Shown: positions 48,645 to 58,991, counted from the stretch's first letter. The stretch: 64,000 nucleotides of DNA from Phocaeicola plebeius (GCA_004558305.1 SFDG01000014.1:2260-66259), one strand, 5' to 3'. Made by a program: numbers and translations. The notes: generated by a model not told the origin, from the letters alone.

Positions 48645-49817
48645 CTACAGCCAGGTCAGCTTATGCCACAGACTTTCCAGCGGACCACGCTTGTAATGGC
48701 GGAACCACCAGTGCGCAAATGCCAGCTGAGCCAAAAAGAATACGATGCCAATCAGCAGACTGTATGTTGTGCCGCATACCTGATGGAGTCCCAAACCATA
48801 GCCGAAATACAGAAAACTGCCGATAACCGACTGCATGACATAGTCCGTCAGACTCATCTGGCCATAGGGAGCCAGAATACGCTGCACCTTCCCCTCGTTG
48901 GCCCAATAGAGCAACAGGAAAGCGCCTACCATGGTCAGCATGAAGAACAAGTTGTACCAGGAATTCAGGATGGTACGCAGTGTGGTGAGCAGGAACGGCT
49001 GCTCCACCTGGGAAAAGACGAACGACTTGACATAATACATCACGACAGCCAGCGGCAGACTCAGGCAAAGCACCTGGCTCCAGAAATGGCGGGAGCGGCC
49101 CAACGCCTCGTCAGAAGAGGAACTGAAATATCCTTTCCGACCCATCCACAGTCCGATCATGAACAAGGAAGCGGTCTGGAAGACGCGACCATAGCACCAG
49201 GCCCAGTTCAGGCTGGCCAACTGTCCGGTTACGAAATTGGCCTTCACCATCTCCCACCAGGAAGTGCCACCCAGTTGAGGATAGACATCTCCCAGAGAAA
49301 ACACCATCTGCTGTGGGTTAGCTTCGGGAATACAGCAGGCATAGACAACCTTCGCCCACTCCACCGGCTGTAACATCAGGAAGACGGCCAATATCATCAA
49401 GGCACGGTCGCTCCAGTGGCGGACCGGTACCAGCACGAAACCAAGTAGGGCATAGAGGACCAGGATCTCACCCGGGAAGAACAGAGAATTGACGAAACCG
49501 AAGCCCAGCAACAGCACCAGCCGCCACATATATCGGTCCTTGAAATCCTCACCACGCTTCTCGGCACTGCGACTCTGCAGATAAAAGGTGAAACCGAAAA
49601 GCAAGGCAAAAATGGCATACGCCTTGCCGGAGAAGGAAAAGAAAAGGAAATCCCACAAAGTAGTATTGAGGGCCTTCAACGTCCCGCTGTCTTCGGGAAA
49701 CGAATAAAAATTGAAATGTTCGATGTTGTGCAAAAGGATAATGCCCATAACGGCAAATCCCCGCAATGCATCCACAGCCAAGATGCGCTGTTTGGCAGGT
49801 ACAGATTGATTTTCCAT
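48645..49817 (-). CDS. DUF418 (YeiB-like) membrane protein
   Basis: 'RILAVDALRGFA', 'FALLFG', 'GQMSLTDY', 'GPLESLW'. Confidence 0.85.
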   Translation of the reverse strand: MENQSVPAKQRILAVDALRGFAVMGIILLHNIEHFNFYSFPEDSGTLKALNTTLWDFLFFSFSGKAYAIFALLFGFTFYLQSRSAEKRGEDFKDRYMWRLVLLLGFGFVNSLFFPGEILVLYALLGFVLVPVRHWSDRALMILAVFLMLQPVEWAKVVYACCIPEANPQQMVFSLGDVYPQLGGTSWWEMVKANFVTGQLASLNWAWCYGRVFQTASLFMIGLWMGRKGYFSSSSDEALGRSRHFWSQVLCLSLPLAVVMYYVKSFVFSQVEQPFLLTTLRTILNSWYNLFFMLTMVGAFLLLYWANEGKVQRILAPYGQMSLTDYVMQSVIGSFLYFGYGLGLHQVCGTTYSLLIGIVFFLAQLAFAHWWFRHYKRGPLESLWHKLTWL

Positions 49818-49844
49818 GATTGCAATAAAAAGGATAAAGCAAGA

Positions 49845-49905
49845 AAAGAAGGTGCGCCAAAAAGAAAACAGCTATTCCGTTTTCCCATTTTGACACACCT
49901 TCTTT
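49845..49905. repeat. Imperfect 18-bp inverted repeat; probable terminator after secG
   Basis: AAAGAAGGTGCGCCAAAA (49845-49862) / TTTTGACACACCTTCTTT (49888-49905). Confidence 0.65.
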
Positions 49906-49941
49906 ATATCGAATGAATAAAAAAGGTTAATCGTAACAGAT

Positions 49942-50328
49942 TTATTCGGCGGATTCGGTCGGAGCGGCAGCAGGAGCTTCACCGGAAGGAGCCTCAGCCG
50001 GGGCTTCATCAGTAGCCGGAGCGGCAAATCCGGAAGGAGCGTTCAGCGGATTGGTCTTCTGTTCCTTCACAGCCTGGTCCATGATGACAGAAGAACCTTC
50101 GTGGACAGCAGGCACCACATAGGAAGTGGCAATGCTGACTACGACCATGAAAATGGCCAGTCCCCATGTCAGCTTTTCGATGAAATCGGTCGTTTTGCGG
50201 ACACCCATAATCTGATTAGACGATGCAAAGCTGGAAGAAAGCCCTCCCCCTTTGGAATTCTGAATCAAGACGACAAAACACATCAAGATGGCAGCGAGCA
50301 CCATCAACACAATAAATAACAAATACAT
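49942..50328 (-). CDS. secG: Preprotein translocase subunit SecG
   Basis: Two TM segments around 'VLIQNSKGGGL..F', 'EKLTW'. Confidence 0.93.
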   Translation of the reverse strand: MYLLFIVLMVLAAILMCFVVLIQNSKGGGLSSSFASSNQIMGVRKTTDFIEKLTWGLAIFMVVVSIATSYVVPAVHEGSSVIMDQAVKEQKTNPLNAPSGFAAPATDEAPAEAPSGEAPAAAPTESAE

Positions 50329-50335
50329 TTTTCTT

Positions 50336-51082
50336 CTATTTTGATTTAGCGTTAATAATCAGTTTTTCCAAAAACCTAATTTGGTCTGCAAAGTAAGCGT
50401 TTTTTTTCGGATATTTCAAATTTAATTTTTTAATTATTTCAAGGGCCTTGTCATATCGTTGCTGTTTAACATAAATTTTCGCTAAAGTTTCCGTAAAGTA
50501 GCTTTCTTCCTCACTCTCGGAAACTGTTACGGCCACCGGTTCCAGCAGTTCAGCCTCCCTTGGCTCCTCCGGAAGGGATGGCTCCGGTACTGCCACCTCC
50601 TCTGACTGCTCGATGAAGCGGTCAATCAGCTGCTGTCCGTTCAGAGGGGTATCAGAAGCAACCGGTACCTCTTCATCGCGCATCAGCCAGGAAGTATAGT
50701 CCACACTGACCTCCACGGGAGGGATAGGCAACTGGTCAGACGGTTGCTCAGGCAGGTCGGACAAGAAGCGGTCGATCAGGTCGAGCGTGCGGTCGGTGTC
50801 CCCACGATGGTCATCCTGATCCTTGGCCGTGTGCTGCTGTAGAGTGAAGCGCTCCCCTTCGATGTAGTAGAACAACATTCCCAAATCGGCCACATAGAGC
50901 GCACTGCGGTGCAGCTCCTCCTTGAACGAAGGGTCACCCAGTATATACAGGTTCTTCAGATAGAGTAAACGGGCCGTCTGATAGAACGGGAAACGCTCCA
51001 ACAATGCCCGTAGCTCGTACAGCGAAGCCGTATCCAGCTGTTCAGGGTGCCGCATCCATTCGTCGATTCTCTGCTGTATCAT
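50336..51082 (-). CDS. Conserved TPR-containing hypothetical protein
   Basis: 'FPFYQTARLLYLKNL', 'FTETLAKIYVKQ..Y.KA', 'YPKKNAYFADQI'; likely start ATG 51082. Confidence 0.8.
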   Translation of the reverse strand: MIQQRIDEWMRHPEQLDTASLYELRALLERFPFYQTARLLYLKNLYILGDPSFKEELHRSALYVADLGMLFYYIEGERFTLQQHTAKDQDDHRGDTDRTLDLIDRFLSDLPEQPSDQLPIPPVEVSVDYTSWLMRDEEVPVASDTPLNGQQLIDRFIEQSEEVAVPEPSLPEEPREAELLEPVAVTVSESEEESYFTETLAKIYVKQQRYDKALEIIKKLNLKYPKKNAYFADQIRFLEKLIINAKSK

Positions 51083-51101
51083 AGGTCCGCCTCCTGTAGG
51101 A

Positions 51102-51629
51102 TTACCAGTTGGCCACGGTAGCATTGAACACTTGGTCCACGATGTCTTCAATCATCTTCGTGACCAGGTCCTCCTGCACCGATGCCAGCGACTGGCTAGA
51201 GTTATATTCCTGACTGGCAGAGAACTGGCGTTCAAAGTCTTCCGAATGGTTACTATTGTTCGTGAACCGTACGTTCACCGTCATGCGCAGTTCGGCCATA
51301 GTCGAATAACCGTCCGAACCCACTCCTTTGTTGTAGGCATCATAGTTGGTGATTTCACCAGACAGTTCAAGGTCACCGCCCTGCTTGATCTGGCGCAGGC
51401 GCGTCTGCCGCAGGTAACGGTCCTGTAGCGAAGTGTTAAACATCGTTTCCATAGGACCCCACACGAAGGCGGCCGATCGGTTCGGGAAATTGTCGAACGA
51501 GATGGTCTTCACCTTGTCGTAGTTGATTGAGGCTCCGTTGAACTTATAGGAAACCGAACAGGCGGCCAACACGCATACCAGCACCGCCATGAGCGGTCCA
51601 TACAGCCGAAAGTGTCTAATCGAGTCCAT
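51102..51629 (-). CDS. lptE: LPS assembly lipoprotein LptE family
   Basis: Lipobox LAA-C, 'SYKFNGASI', 'GDLELSGEIT', terminal 'FNATVANW'. Confidence 0.75.
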   Translation of the reverse strand: MDSIRHFRLYGPLMAVLVCVLAACSVSYKFNGASINYDKVKTISFDNFPNRSAAFVWGPMETMFNTSLQDRYLRQTRLRQIKQGGDLELSGEITNYDAYNKGVGSDGYSTMAELRMTVNVRFTNNSNHSEDFERQFSASQEYNSSQSLASVQEDLVTKMIEDIVDQVFNATVANW

Positions 51630-52914
51630 ATTCTTTGATTTTTCTATAGAGAGTACGTTCTGAAATCTTCAAGTCGGCAGCCGCGTTCTTGCGTTTGCCA
51701 TGGTGACGCTCCAGAGCCTTGCGGATCATGTCTTTCTCCACCTCGTCCAAAGAAAGGTTCTCCTCCACATATTCCGCAGCCTGTTCGTCCGAATCTTCCG
51801 CAGGCAACTTCACCGATGTCACGGGATGCACCGACGGACGGTTCGTAGCAGACGGATGAATCAGCGCCAGCGCATCATCAGGCAAGACTTCCCCCGACAA
51901 GTCCATGGGCGAACGCAGGTACTGCACCGACTGCACCGACGGATGAGAAGTGGCAGGACCGCCGGCAGCCCGTTCCGCCATAATGTCGTGGACTAGTTTC
52001 TTGAGGTCCGTCACGTCGCGACGCATATCGAACAGGACCTGGTAGAGAATCTCCCGTTCGTTCTCAAAACCCTTGCTGCTCCCCGATGTCTTGCCGGCGA
52101 ACAAAGCCGGCAGACGCGACTCCTGGCGAGCGGGCAAATAATTGCGAAGAATCTCTGCCGTAATATCGCGGTTGGTCTCGATGATGGAAATCTGTTCTGT
52201 AATGTTCTTCAGCTGTCGGATATTACCCGGCCAAGGATAAGCCACCAATAGGCGTTTGGCCTCTTCCGTCAGCTGGATAGCAGGCATCCGGTATTTTTCG
52301 GCGAAATCGGAAGCGAACTTGCGGAACAGCAGGCCGATGTCATCAGGTCGTTCCCGAAGGGCCGGCACCTTGATGGGGACCGTGTTCAGACGGTAGTACA
52401 AATCCTCGCGGAAACGCCCGTCGGCAATGGCTTCCGAAAAATTCACATTGGTGGCCGCCACGATGCGGACATCGGTTTTCTGCACTTTCGAAGAACCGAC
52501 CTTGATGTATTCGCCCGACTCCAGCACACGTAGCAGACGGGCCTGGGTAGACAGCGGCAGCTCCCCTACTTCGTCCAGGAAAATGGTACCGCCGTTGGCT
52601 TCAGCAAAATAGCCGTTACGGTCGCTGATGGCTCCGGTAAAGGCCCCCTTCTCGTGTCCGAACAGTTCGGAATCGATAGTCCCTTCCGGAATGGCCCCAC
52701 AGTTCACGGCAATGTAAGGGCCGTGCTTGCGTCCACTGAACTGATGAATGATTTTCGGGAAACTTTCCTTACCGACCCCGCTCTCTCCCGTCACCAGTAC
52801 CGAGAGGTCGGTAGGTGCCACCTGCATGGCGATGTCAATGGCCCGGTTCAGCCCCTCCGCATTGCCGATGATGCCAAACCGCAGCTTGATGTTCTGAATT
52901 TCTGTTTTAACCAT
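51616..52914 (-). CDS. Sigma-54-interacting AAA+ transcriptional regulator, Fis-type HTH
   Basis: 'GESGVGKE', 'SELFGHEKGAFTGA', 'FLDEVGE', 'WPGNIRQL', 'ISERTLYRK'; start 52914 or 52929. Confidence 0.92.
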   Translation of the reverse strand: MVKTEIQNIKLRFGIIGNAEGLNRAIDIAMQVAPTDLSVLVTGESGVGKESFPKIIHQFSGRKHGPYIAVNCGAIPEGTIDSELFGHEKGAFTGAISDRNGYFAEANGGTIFLDEVGELPLSTQARLLRVLESGEYIKVGSSKVQKTDVRIVAATNVNFSEAIADGRFREDLYYRLNTVPIKVPALRERPDDIGLLFRKFASDFAEKYRMPAIQLTEEAKRLLVAYPWPGNIRQLKNITEQISIIETNRDITAEILRNYLPARQESRLPALFAGKTSGSSKGFENEREILYQVLFDMRRDVTDLKKLVHDIMAERAAGGPATSHPSVQSVQYLRSPMDLSGEVLPDDALALIHPSATNRPSVHPVTSVKLPAEDSDEQAAEYVEENLSLDEVEKDMIRKALERHHGKRKNAAADLKISERTLYRKIKEYGLD

Positions 52915-52996
52915 AGTTCCGTAAGTCATTGAAACATGACAAAATTACAAAAATTCTGGGACATAAATGCAATTTTGGCAGAAAAACTTTCCGCCA

Positions 52997-55633
52997 TCAG
53001 AAGACGGTACGAATCATCAGACGCACGCCCCACTTGTTGGTAGTGGGCAGATTGTTGTAGGTCAGACGTTTCACATACTCCACATGCAGCAGTTTGAAGA
53101 TATTGTGGATACCTGCAATAACCTCCACATACGGCTTCTTCTTATCCATCACATGGCTGGAATAGTGGTAGTTGCCCATCTCGTCGTAATGACCCGGGAA
53201 CTTCATCAGCACATTGTCGTGCTGGTTTTCTTCGAGGAACGGGTTATTCTTGTCGGTGAGCGTTCCCCACAGGCATTTCACCCCGAAGAATTCGCGCCAT
53301 TTCAGTTTCTTCAGCAGCGGAATGCGGTTGAACAGCTTGCCCTGCATGTTCCACGATACATCGAGCGAGGCAAAGCGGTCGTTCAGGAACTCCATGTTAT
53401 TGATGAGGTTGAACGTCTCGTCCTCGATGATGTACGACAGGTTGGCAGCCGGCATGATCAGCAGCGGGAACGGCACTTTGTTCCACTGGATACCTCCCTT
53501 CAGGTAGACATCCACATTACCCCACGAGCTGAGCCAGAAACGCTTGTAGATACTCAGGTCCGTCATATTGTACGTATAGTCAGCTCCCATCACTCCCTTC
53601 AGTGCCACGGTATGCATGAGCGAAAAGACCGGTGCATCGAGGTTGATGGGCAGACGGCGCTGCTTGGTATTGATGAACGTTTCTCCGGGGGCGTAGCGGA
53701 AGCCCAGTGATGCCTCCACCACGGTCAGGTCCTTCGTATTGAACGGCGACTTTACCCATTCCGCACCTTCCAGTTGTCCGGATGCCAGAGCATTCTGCAG
53801 CTGCGACTCTCCTTCCATCGTGCGGTAGAACAGCTTTCCGCACGGCTCGTAGTTGGCATAGCGCAGCTGGGCCGTGGTCTTGAATCCCCACTCCCGTTCG
53901 CGTTCGTACTTGATGGTCGCCTTCCGCTCGTAGTTATACTGGTCCACGGTGGTCACCTTCAGCGAAGTGAACACATTGTCCTTGTCGGTATGGATAAACT
54001 TGTCCGAGGGGAGCATATTGTCATACTGGTAGGTCACGGCCAGCGAATGCTTCGGAAACTCGCGCGGCAGGTATTCCTTCTTGTCGAACGAATACTCCAC
54101 CTCGCCCATGTATTTCGAACGGTGGTCCTTGAATCCGTAGGCGTAATAGCCCTTGAAGAACCAGTTCGGATGCAGGTTGGCCGTGGTCTGAGCCGAGGCT
54201 CGCAGGCGGAAGCCGTCGATGTAGTTCGAGGTAAACATGGTATTGATAGGACCGATATCCACCTTGCTGTCCGGCACACTGGTTTCCACGAAATTCTCGA
54301 TGAAGGCTTTCAGCACGAACATGATATACTTAAATCCCTTGATGCGCGTCAGGTCGTCCACGAAATTGCCCATCCGGCTTTCCGACCGCGTCAGGTCTTC
54401 CTGCCGGTACTGCGCCCAATATTCGTCGTCACGCATCATGGCATTCACATCCTTGATTTCCTTTCCCTTCTTTTTGAAAATCTTGTCGGGAATCGGGTCG
54501 AAGCTGAAGTCGAAATAGCGGGTCGTTCGACGCACCATATAGTGGCCCGACACTTTCTTCCAGAAGGCCAGTTCACAGATCATGTCGTCCTCCATCAGTG
54601 TCCATTCACCCGTGGGCAGCTCGCCGAACCGCTGGTCGATAATCATGTTGGTCACGAAATTGATGTCCGTCTTCTTTGGCAGGTTCAGTACGCTCTGCTT
54701 CACCCGGTAAGTCGAGTCAGCCAGCACATACAGATGCCCCGTAAAGCCGAAGTCCTGCGAATTGTTGGGCACAAACGTCAAGTGAATACACTTGTCCGTC
54801 TCCACATAGAGCGTGTCCATAATGTAGTACTTGTAGAAGGCAATTCCCGCTGTCGATACGGGGCTGTCGAAGGGATACTGCAGCAGGCGGAACTGGTCCT
54901 GATAGATGTCCACATCCTGAAACACATCCTTCAGGATGGTGGTCAGCATATCCCCCGTGTTGAACAGTTCGTTGATACCGGTTGAATTCAGTCCCTGGAT
55001 GATGGTCTTCTCGTCGTGCGGATCCTTGCGGTATACTTTCTCCGACACCGTCTCGTCCACCGAGATGGGCAGGATACGCTTGCCCGTTATCTCACATTCC
55101 TCCACCTGGTCGCGGAAAAACGGATAGCGCTTGAACAGGTTCGACTCGCGCAGCGAGTCGGCCGTAATGTTGTTCATCGCCAGCGTCAGCTTCTGGTACT
55201 TGTTGTAGTGGTAGTAGTCGTTCGTTTCCAGGTTCACCTGCTTCTTGGCAGCCACCACCTTCTTCATCAGTTCCACAGCCGGATTATTCTTGCGGGAGTA
55301 TTTTTCCTTTTTAGGCTTCACCACCACTTCGCCCAGCATCTGGTCTGAAGGCTTCATGCTGACATTCAGCAGCGTGGTCTTGGAAGAGACCGTCACCACC
55401 TGCGTGTCGTAACCCACCATTGAAAAAGTCAGTTGCGTCCATCCGGGGTAATACTTCACCGAATATTCCCCGTCGATGTTCGTTGTGGTTCCCACCCCTT
55501 TCCCGTCATAATATATATTAAGGTATGGAACGGGGTCTCCCGTTTCCGCATCGATCACAACACCATGTATCTGCGCCACCAAATCGGCTACGCACATCCA
55601 TAAGAAACCTATCAGCAATAATCGTTTAAACAT
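52997..55633 (-). CDS. DUF5686-like outer-membrane protein with carboxypeptidase-regulatory-like N-domain
   Basis: Signal peptide, 'GVVIDAETGDPVPY..TTNIDG', 'KYSRKNNPAVELM', amphipathic beta strands, terminal Phe. Confidence 0.8.
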   Translation of the reverse strand: MFKRLLLIGFLWMCVADLVAQIHGVVIDAETGDPVPYLNIYYDGKGVGTTTNIDGEYSVKYYPGWTQLTFSMVGYDTQVVTVSSKTTLLNVSMKPSDQMLGEVVVKPKKEKYSRKNNPAVELMKKVVAAKKQVNLETNDYYHYNKYQKLTLAMNNITADSLRESNLFKRYPFFRDQVEECEITGKRILPISVDETVSEKVYRKDPHDEKTIIQGLNSTGINELFNTGDMLTTILKDVFQDVDIYQDQFRLLQYPFDSPVSTAGIAFYKYYIMDTLYVETDKCIHLTFVPNNSQDFGFTGHLYVLADSTYRVKQSVLNLPKKTDINFVTNMIIDQRFGELPTGEWTLMEDDMICELAFWKKVSGHYMVRRTTRYFDFSFDPIPDKIFKKKGKEIKDVNAMMRDDEYWAQYRQEDLTRSESRMGNFVDDLTRIKGFKYIMFVLKAFIENFVETSVPDSKVDIGPINTMFTSNYIDGFRLRASAQTTANLHPNWFFKGYYAYGFKDHRSKYMGEVEYSFDKKEYLPREFPKHSLAVTYQYDNMLPSDKFIHTDKDNVFTSLKVTTVDQYNYERKATIKYEREREWGFKTTAQLRYANYEPCGKLFYRTMEGESQLQNALASGQLEGAEWVKSPFNTKDLTVVEASLGFRYAPGETFINTKQRRLPINLDAPVFSLMHTVALKGVMGADYTYNMTDLSIYKRFWLSSWGNVDVYLKGGIQWNKVPFPLLIMPAANLSYIIEDETFNLINNMEFLNDRFASLDVSWNMQGKLFNRIPLLKKLKWREFFGVKCLWGTLTDKNNPFLEENQHDNVLMKFPGHYDEMGNYHYSSHVMDKKKPYVEVIAGIHNIFKLLHVEYVKRLTYNNLPTTNKWGVRLMIRTVF

Positions 55634-55833
55634 AAACAGCTTTGTCCTCTTTTTTCGTATCCTTTAAAAACCGCTGCGAAAATACTGCCGAAAATCGGTA
55701 TTGACAAATCCCAACCCATGAAAAACGATAAATCGACCGACTTTTACGCAGTATTAACCATTATTAAAATAGATTTTTAAGGGAAACAATTCAAAGAAAA
55801 GCACTACTTTTGTAAACTATTAAAATAAATGTT

Positions 55834-56310
55834 ATGCCAAAGATACCTTTCTTCCACCAACTCATCTCCACGGGCTTCGGTTCGGGCTATTGTCCTGCCG
55901 GTCCCGGAACGGCGGGTGCCGCTTTGGCCCTGCTCCTTTGGTGGGGATATGCCGCCTTCCTGTCCCCCTCCTCCACTCTCCTGCTCACGGTTGTGCTGGT
56001 GGTGGTCTTCACCGTACTGGGGGTCTGGTCTTCGACTGTAGCCGAAAAGTACTGGGGCAGCGACCCCAAGCGTGTGGTAGTTGACGAGATGGTCGGAACC
56101 TGGGTGGCCCTGCTGGCCGTTCCGTCCGACAGCCATTGGGGCTATGCTTTCGCCGCCTTTGTCCTTTTCCGCTTTTTCGACATCGCCAAGCCGCTGGGGG
56201 TGCGGCGGATGGAACGCTTGAAGGGAGGCTACGGCATCATGGCCGACGACCTGTTGGCCGGCATCTACAGTTGCCTCATTCTTGTACTCATTATCCAGTG
56301 TTGCGTGTGA
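55834..56310 (+). CDS. pgpA: PgpA-family lipid phosphatase
   Basis: 'GFGSGY.P.GPGTAG', 'DPKRVVVDEMVG', 'FRFFDIAKP', 'GIMADDLLAG'. Confidence 0.9.
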   Translation: MPKIPFFHQLISTGFGSGYCPAGPGTAGAALALLLWWGYAAFLSPSSTLLLTVVLVVVFTVLGVWSSTVAEKYWGSDPKRVVVDEMVGTWVALLAVPSDSHWGYAFAAFVLFRFFDIAKPLGVRRMERLKGGYGIMADDLLAGIYSCLILVLIIQCCV

Positions 56311-56837
56311 AAAAGCTATGGGAATCATTCAGTAGGGGGAAAGGCATCTTCATGTTCGTCAGGGCACAGTTGTCTGCACAGATAGCCACTTTTGTGGATT
56401 TTCTGCTAAGCATTGCCCTCCACCAATGGTTCGATGTATACTATGTCTACGCCACTCTCTACGGCTCCATTACGGGCGGGCTGGTAAACTGCGTGCTCAA
56501 TTACAAATGGACTTTCCGCACTGACGACTGCCGTCCGGCCAATGTAATGGTGAAATATATCCTGGTATGGCTGGGCAGCATCGGACTGAACCTATGGGGC
56601 ACCTACTTGCTCACCGAAATCCTCTCCAGCCCTACAGGTTATTTGGCCCTGGGCGAATCGCTCGCCTTCATCTCCTCGAAAGTGACCATAGCTCTGCTGG
56701 TAGCCGTCTTCTGGAACTACCAGCTCCACCGCACGTTCGTCTTCAAGGACGCACAGCTCAAACAGTTATTCCAAACCAAGCTAACAAAAATTTTACATCG
56801 ATATGGAAATAAAGCAACAAGCCAAGAAGATGCGTGA
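56307..56837 (+). CDS. GtrA-family membrane protein
   Basis: GTG start overlapping the pgpA stop; 4 TM segments; 'NYKWTF', '[10 protein letters not shown]'. Confidence 0.8.
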   Translation: MKKLWESFSRGKGIFMFVRAQLSAQIATFVDFLLSIALHQWFDVYYVYATLYGSITGGLVNCVLNYKWTFRTDDCRPANVMVKYILVWLGSIGLNLWGTYLLTEILSSPTGYLALGESLAFISSKVTIALLVAVFWNYQLHRTFVFKDAQLKQLFQTKLTKILHRYGNKATSQEDA

Positions 56838-57489
56838 CGCTCTTCAGCAATTCATCTACAAGGTTATCCAACCTCTCATCTGCGGCATGATCAAAATCGG
56901 AATCACGCCGAATGTGGTCACTACCCTCGGGTTCTTAGGGAACCTGGCAGGTGCCGTCTTGCTCGTTTATGCCGGCACCCGGCATGGTGTCCCGCCCTTC
57001 TCCCTCATCGGCTGGGCCGGCGGAATTATTCTCTGCTCCTCCCTTTTCGACATGATGGACGGGCAGGTGGCCCGCATCGGCGGCATGGCTTCCACCTTTG
57101 GAGCCATGTACGACTCCGTTCTCGACCGTTACAGCGAGCTGGTTACCTTGGGCGGCATCTGCTTCTGCCTCATCCAGCACGATTACTTGGCCGGTACGGT
57201 ACTGACATTCGCGGCCCTCGTGGGATCGCTCATGGTAAGCTATGTCCGCGCCCGTGCCGAGGGGCTGGGGCTGGAATGCAAAATCGGGTTCATGCAACGT
57301 CCTGAGCGGGTGGTCCTCACGAGTGTGGGCTTGCTGGCCTGTGGCATTGCAGGTACCTGCTCCCCCACCCTTTCGTTCGACCCCATGCTGATTCTCATTG
57401 TCCCCATGGGCTTCATCGCTATTTTCGCCAACCTGACGGCCTTCGCCCGTATTGCTTACAGCCGCCGTCAGCTCATGAACAAACAATAA
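56803..57489 (+). CDS. CDP-alcohol phosphatidyltransferase (phosphatidylinositol-phosphate synthase-like)
   Basis: 'TPNVVT', signature '[19 protein letters not shown]', 'SYVRARAE', 'GFMQRPER'. Confidence 0.9.
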   Translation: MEIKQQAKKMRDALQQFIYKVIQPLICGMIKIGITPNVVTTLGFLGNLAGAVLLVYAGTRHGVPPFSLIGWAGGIILCSSLFDMMDGQVARIGGMASTFGAMYDSVLDRYSELVTLGGICFCLIQHDYLAGTVLTFAALVGSLMVSYVRARAEGLGLECKIGFMQRPERVVLTSVGLLACGIAGTCSPTLSFDPMLILIVPMGFIAIFANLTAFARIAYSRRQLMNKQ

Positions 57490-57495
57490 GGCCCG

Positions 57496-58440
57496 ATGCG
57501 TATGAAGTGTCTGTTTACCGACCTCCCCTCCCGCCGTGAAAGCCTCACGCTCGTGGGGGGCCTGGCCGTCTGGCTGGCCGTCACCGCCTCCTTTGTCGGC
57601 TTCCGCCCTGAGCATCCGGTCCTGGCTGTGCTCATTGCCGTCCTGTTTTTCCTGCATCCTTCCACGCGGAAACTGGTAGTGGCCCTGCTGCCCTTTGCCC
57701 TGTTCGGCATTTCCTACGACTGGATGCGCATTGTGCCCAACTATGAGGTGAACCCCATTGATGTGCAGCAGCTGTACGAAACCGAAAAGCAGCTGTTCGG
57801 CATCGCCACCGCCCAGGGAACCGTCACCCCCAATGAATTCTTCCAGCTCCATTTGTGCACCCTGATGGACTTTCTCGGCGGCGTGTTCTACCTCTGTTGG
57901 GTGCCCGTCCCCATGCTGTTCGGGTTGGGCCTGTACTTTACCCGCCAGCGGCCTGTCTACCTGCGTTTTGCCCTCGTCTTCCTGTTGGTCAATCTCCTGG
58001 GATTCGCCGGCTATTACCTCCATCCTGCAGCTCCCCCTTGGTATGTCATGAAATACGGTTTCGACCCTATCCTCCACACGCCGGGTGACGTGGCCGGCCT
58101 GGCCCGTTTCGGCGAGTTGACAGGCTGGCACGTTTTCGACGGCATCTATGGCCGCAATGCCAATGTATTTGCTGCTGTCCCCTCGCTGCATTCCGCCTAC
58201 ATGGTGGTCGCCCTTTTCTATGCCTTCCGCTCCCGTTGCGCCGGCTGGCTGCGCTTCGTGTTTGCTGTCATCATGTGCGGTATCTGGCTCACTGCCGTCT
58301 ATACGGCCCACCACTACCTGATTGATGTCCTACTGGGCATCGGCTGCGCATTGCTGGGGATTGCCCTCTTCGAGCTGGCCCTGATGCGTGTGCCGCCTTT
58401 CCGGCAATGGATGGAACGCTATACCTGCTACATTTCGTAA
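57496..58440 (+). CDS. Inositol phosphorylceramide synthase-like (Aur1/PAP2 family)
   Basis: 'PAAPPWY', 'FAAVPSLH', 'HHYLID' motifs; multi-pass membrane protein. Confidence 0.85.
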   Translation: MRMKCLFTDLPSRRESLTLVGGLAVWLAVTASFVGFRPEHPVLAVLIAVLFFLHPSTRKLVVALLPFALFGISYDWMRIVPNYEVNPIDVQQLYETEKQLFGIATAQGTVTPNEFFQLHLCTLMDFLGGVFYLCWVPVPMLFGLGLYFTRQRPVYLRFALVFLLVNLLGFAGYYLHPAAPPWYVMKYGFDPILHTPGDVAGLARFGELTGWHVFDGIYGRNANVFAAVPSLHSAYMVVALFYAFRSRCAGWLRFVFAVIMCGIWLTAVYTAHHYLIDVLLGIGCALLGIALFELALMRVPPFRQWMERYTCYIS

Positions 58441-58533
58441 TGCGCCACCGGCATCATCCGTCTTGCGCTCCCTCGAAAGAACGCCACTCCCCTGCCGGAA
58501 AGCCCCGGACAGGGGAGGCAGGACGGCCGCACG

Positions 58534-58577
58534 AAAAAAAAAGGGCTGTATCATCATTTTAATGATACAGCCCTTTT
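58534..58577. terminator. Probable bidirectional terminator between the lipid operon and the tRNA operon
   Basis: AAAAGGGCTGTATCAT / ATGATACAGCCCTTTT 16-bp inverted repeat with an A9 run on the left. Confidence 0.8.
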
Positions 58578-58584
58578 CATGAAG

Positions 58585-58672
58585 CGGAGAGAACGAGATT
58601 CGAACTCGTGATACGCTTTTGGCGTATACACGCTTTCCAGGCGTGCCTCTTCAACCACTCGAGCACCTCTCC
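58585..58672 (-). tRNA. tRNA-Ser(GGA)
   Basis: GGAGAGG..acceptor, anticodon arm CACGC-CTGGAAA-GCGTG, long variable arm, GTTCGAATC; CCA not encoded. Confidence 0.96.
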
Positions 58673-58697
58673 AAGGTTTGTCGCTTTGTACAGGAAG

Positions 58698-58782
58698 CGG
58701 AGAGACAGGGATTCGAACCCCGGGTACCTCGCGGTACAACGGTTTTCAAGACCGCCGCAATCGACCACTCTGCCACCTCTCC
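58698..58782 (-). tRNA. tRNA-Ser(TGA)
   Basis: Anticodon arm GCGGT-CTTGAAA-ACCGT, long variable arm, GTTCGAATCC; CCA not encoded. Confidence 0.96.
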
Positions 58783-58821
58783 TGGAACGCTTTCCAAGCG
58801 CACTTCCTTTCAAAAGCGCTG

Positions 58822-58852
58822 CAAAGGTACGACTTTTTTCCGAACCTGCAAA
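58822..58852 (-). promoter_or_regulatory. Consensus Bacteroidetes promoter for the tRNA-Ser pair
   Basis: TTTG (58852-58849), 19-nt spacer, TACCTTTG (58829-58822). Confidence 0.8.
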
Positions 58853-58991
58853 TTATCGAGCAGTTTTTTCGCCATTTTTTTCCTATCTCATCCTTTTATA
58901 GTACTTTTGCAGAGCGTTCAGGCGAAGGGAACCGTCATCTGAAAACACGGTCACCGCCTGCGCCCCAAAACCAACAGTAAAGAAAAAAACG

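Noticed and set aside
49942..52914. sigma54 regulator-lptE-TPR-secG run as a novel system
   Set aside because: A widely conserved Bacteroidetes core gene order; nothing unusual here.
58585..58782. tRNA-Ser genes as an occupied integration site, or TGA as a selenocysteine/suppressor signal
   Set aside because: No integrase or displaced tRNA 3' duplicate was seen. Anticodon TGA reads UCA (Ser); tRNA-Sec would have anticodon TCA.
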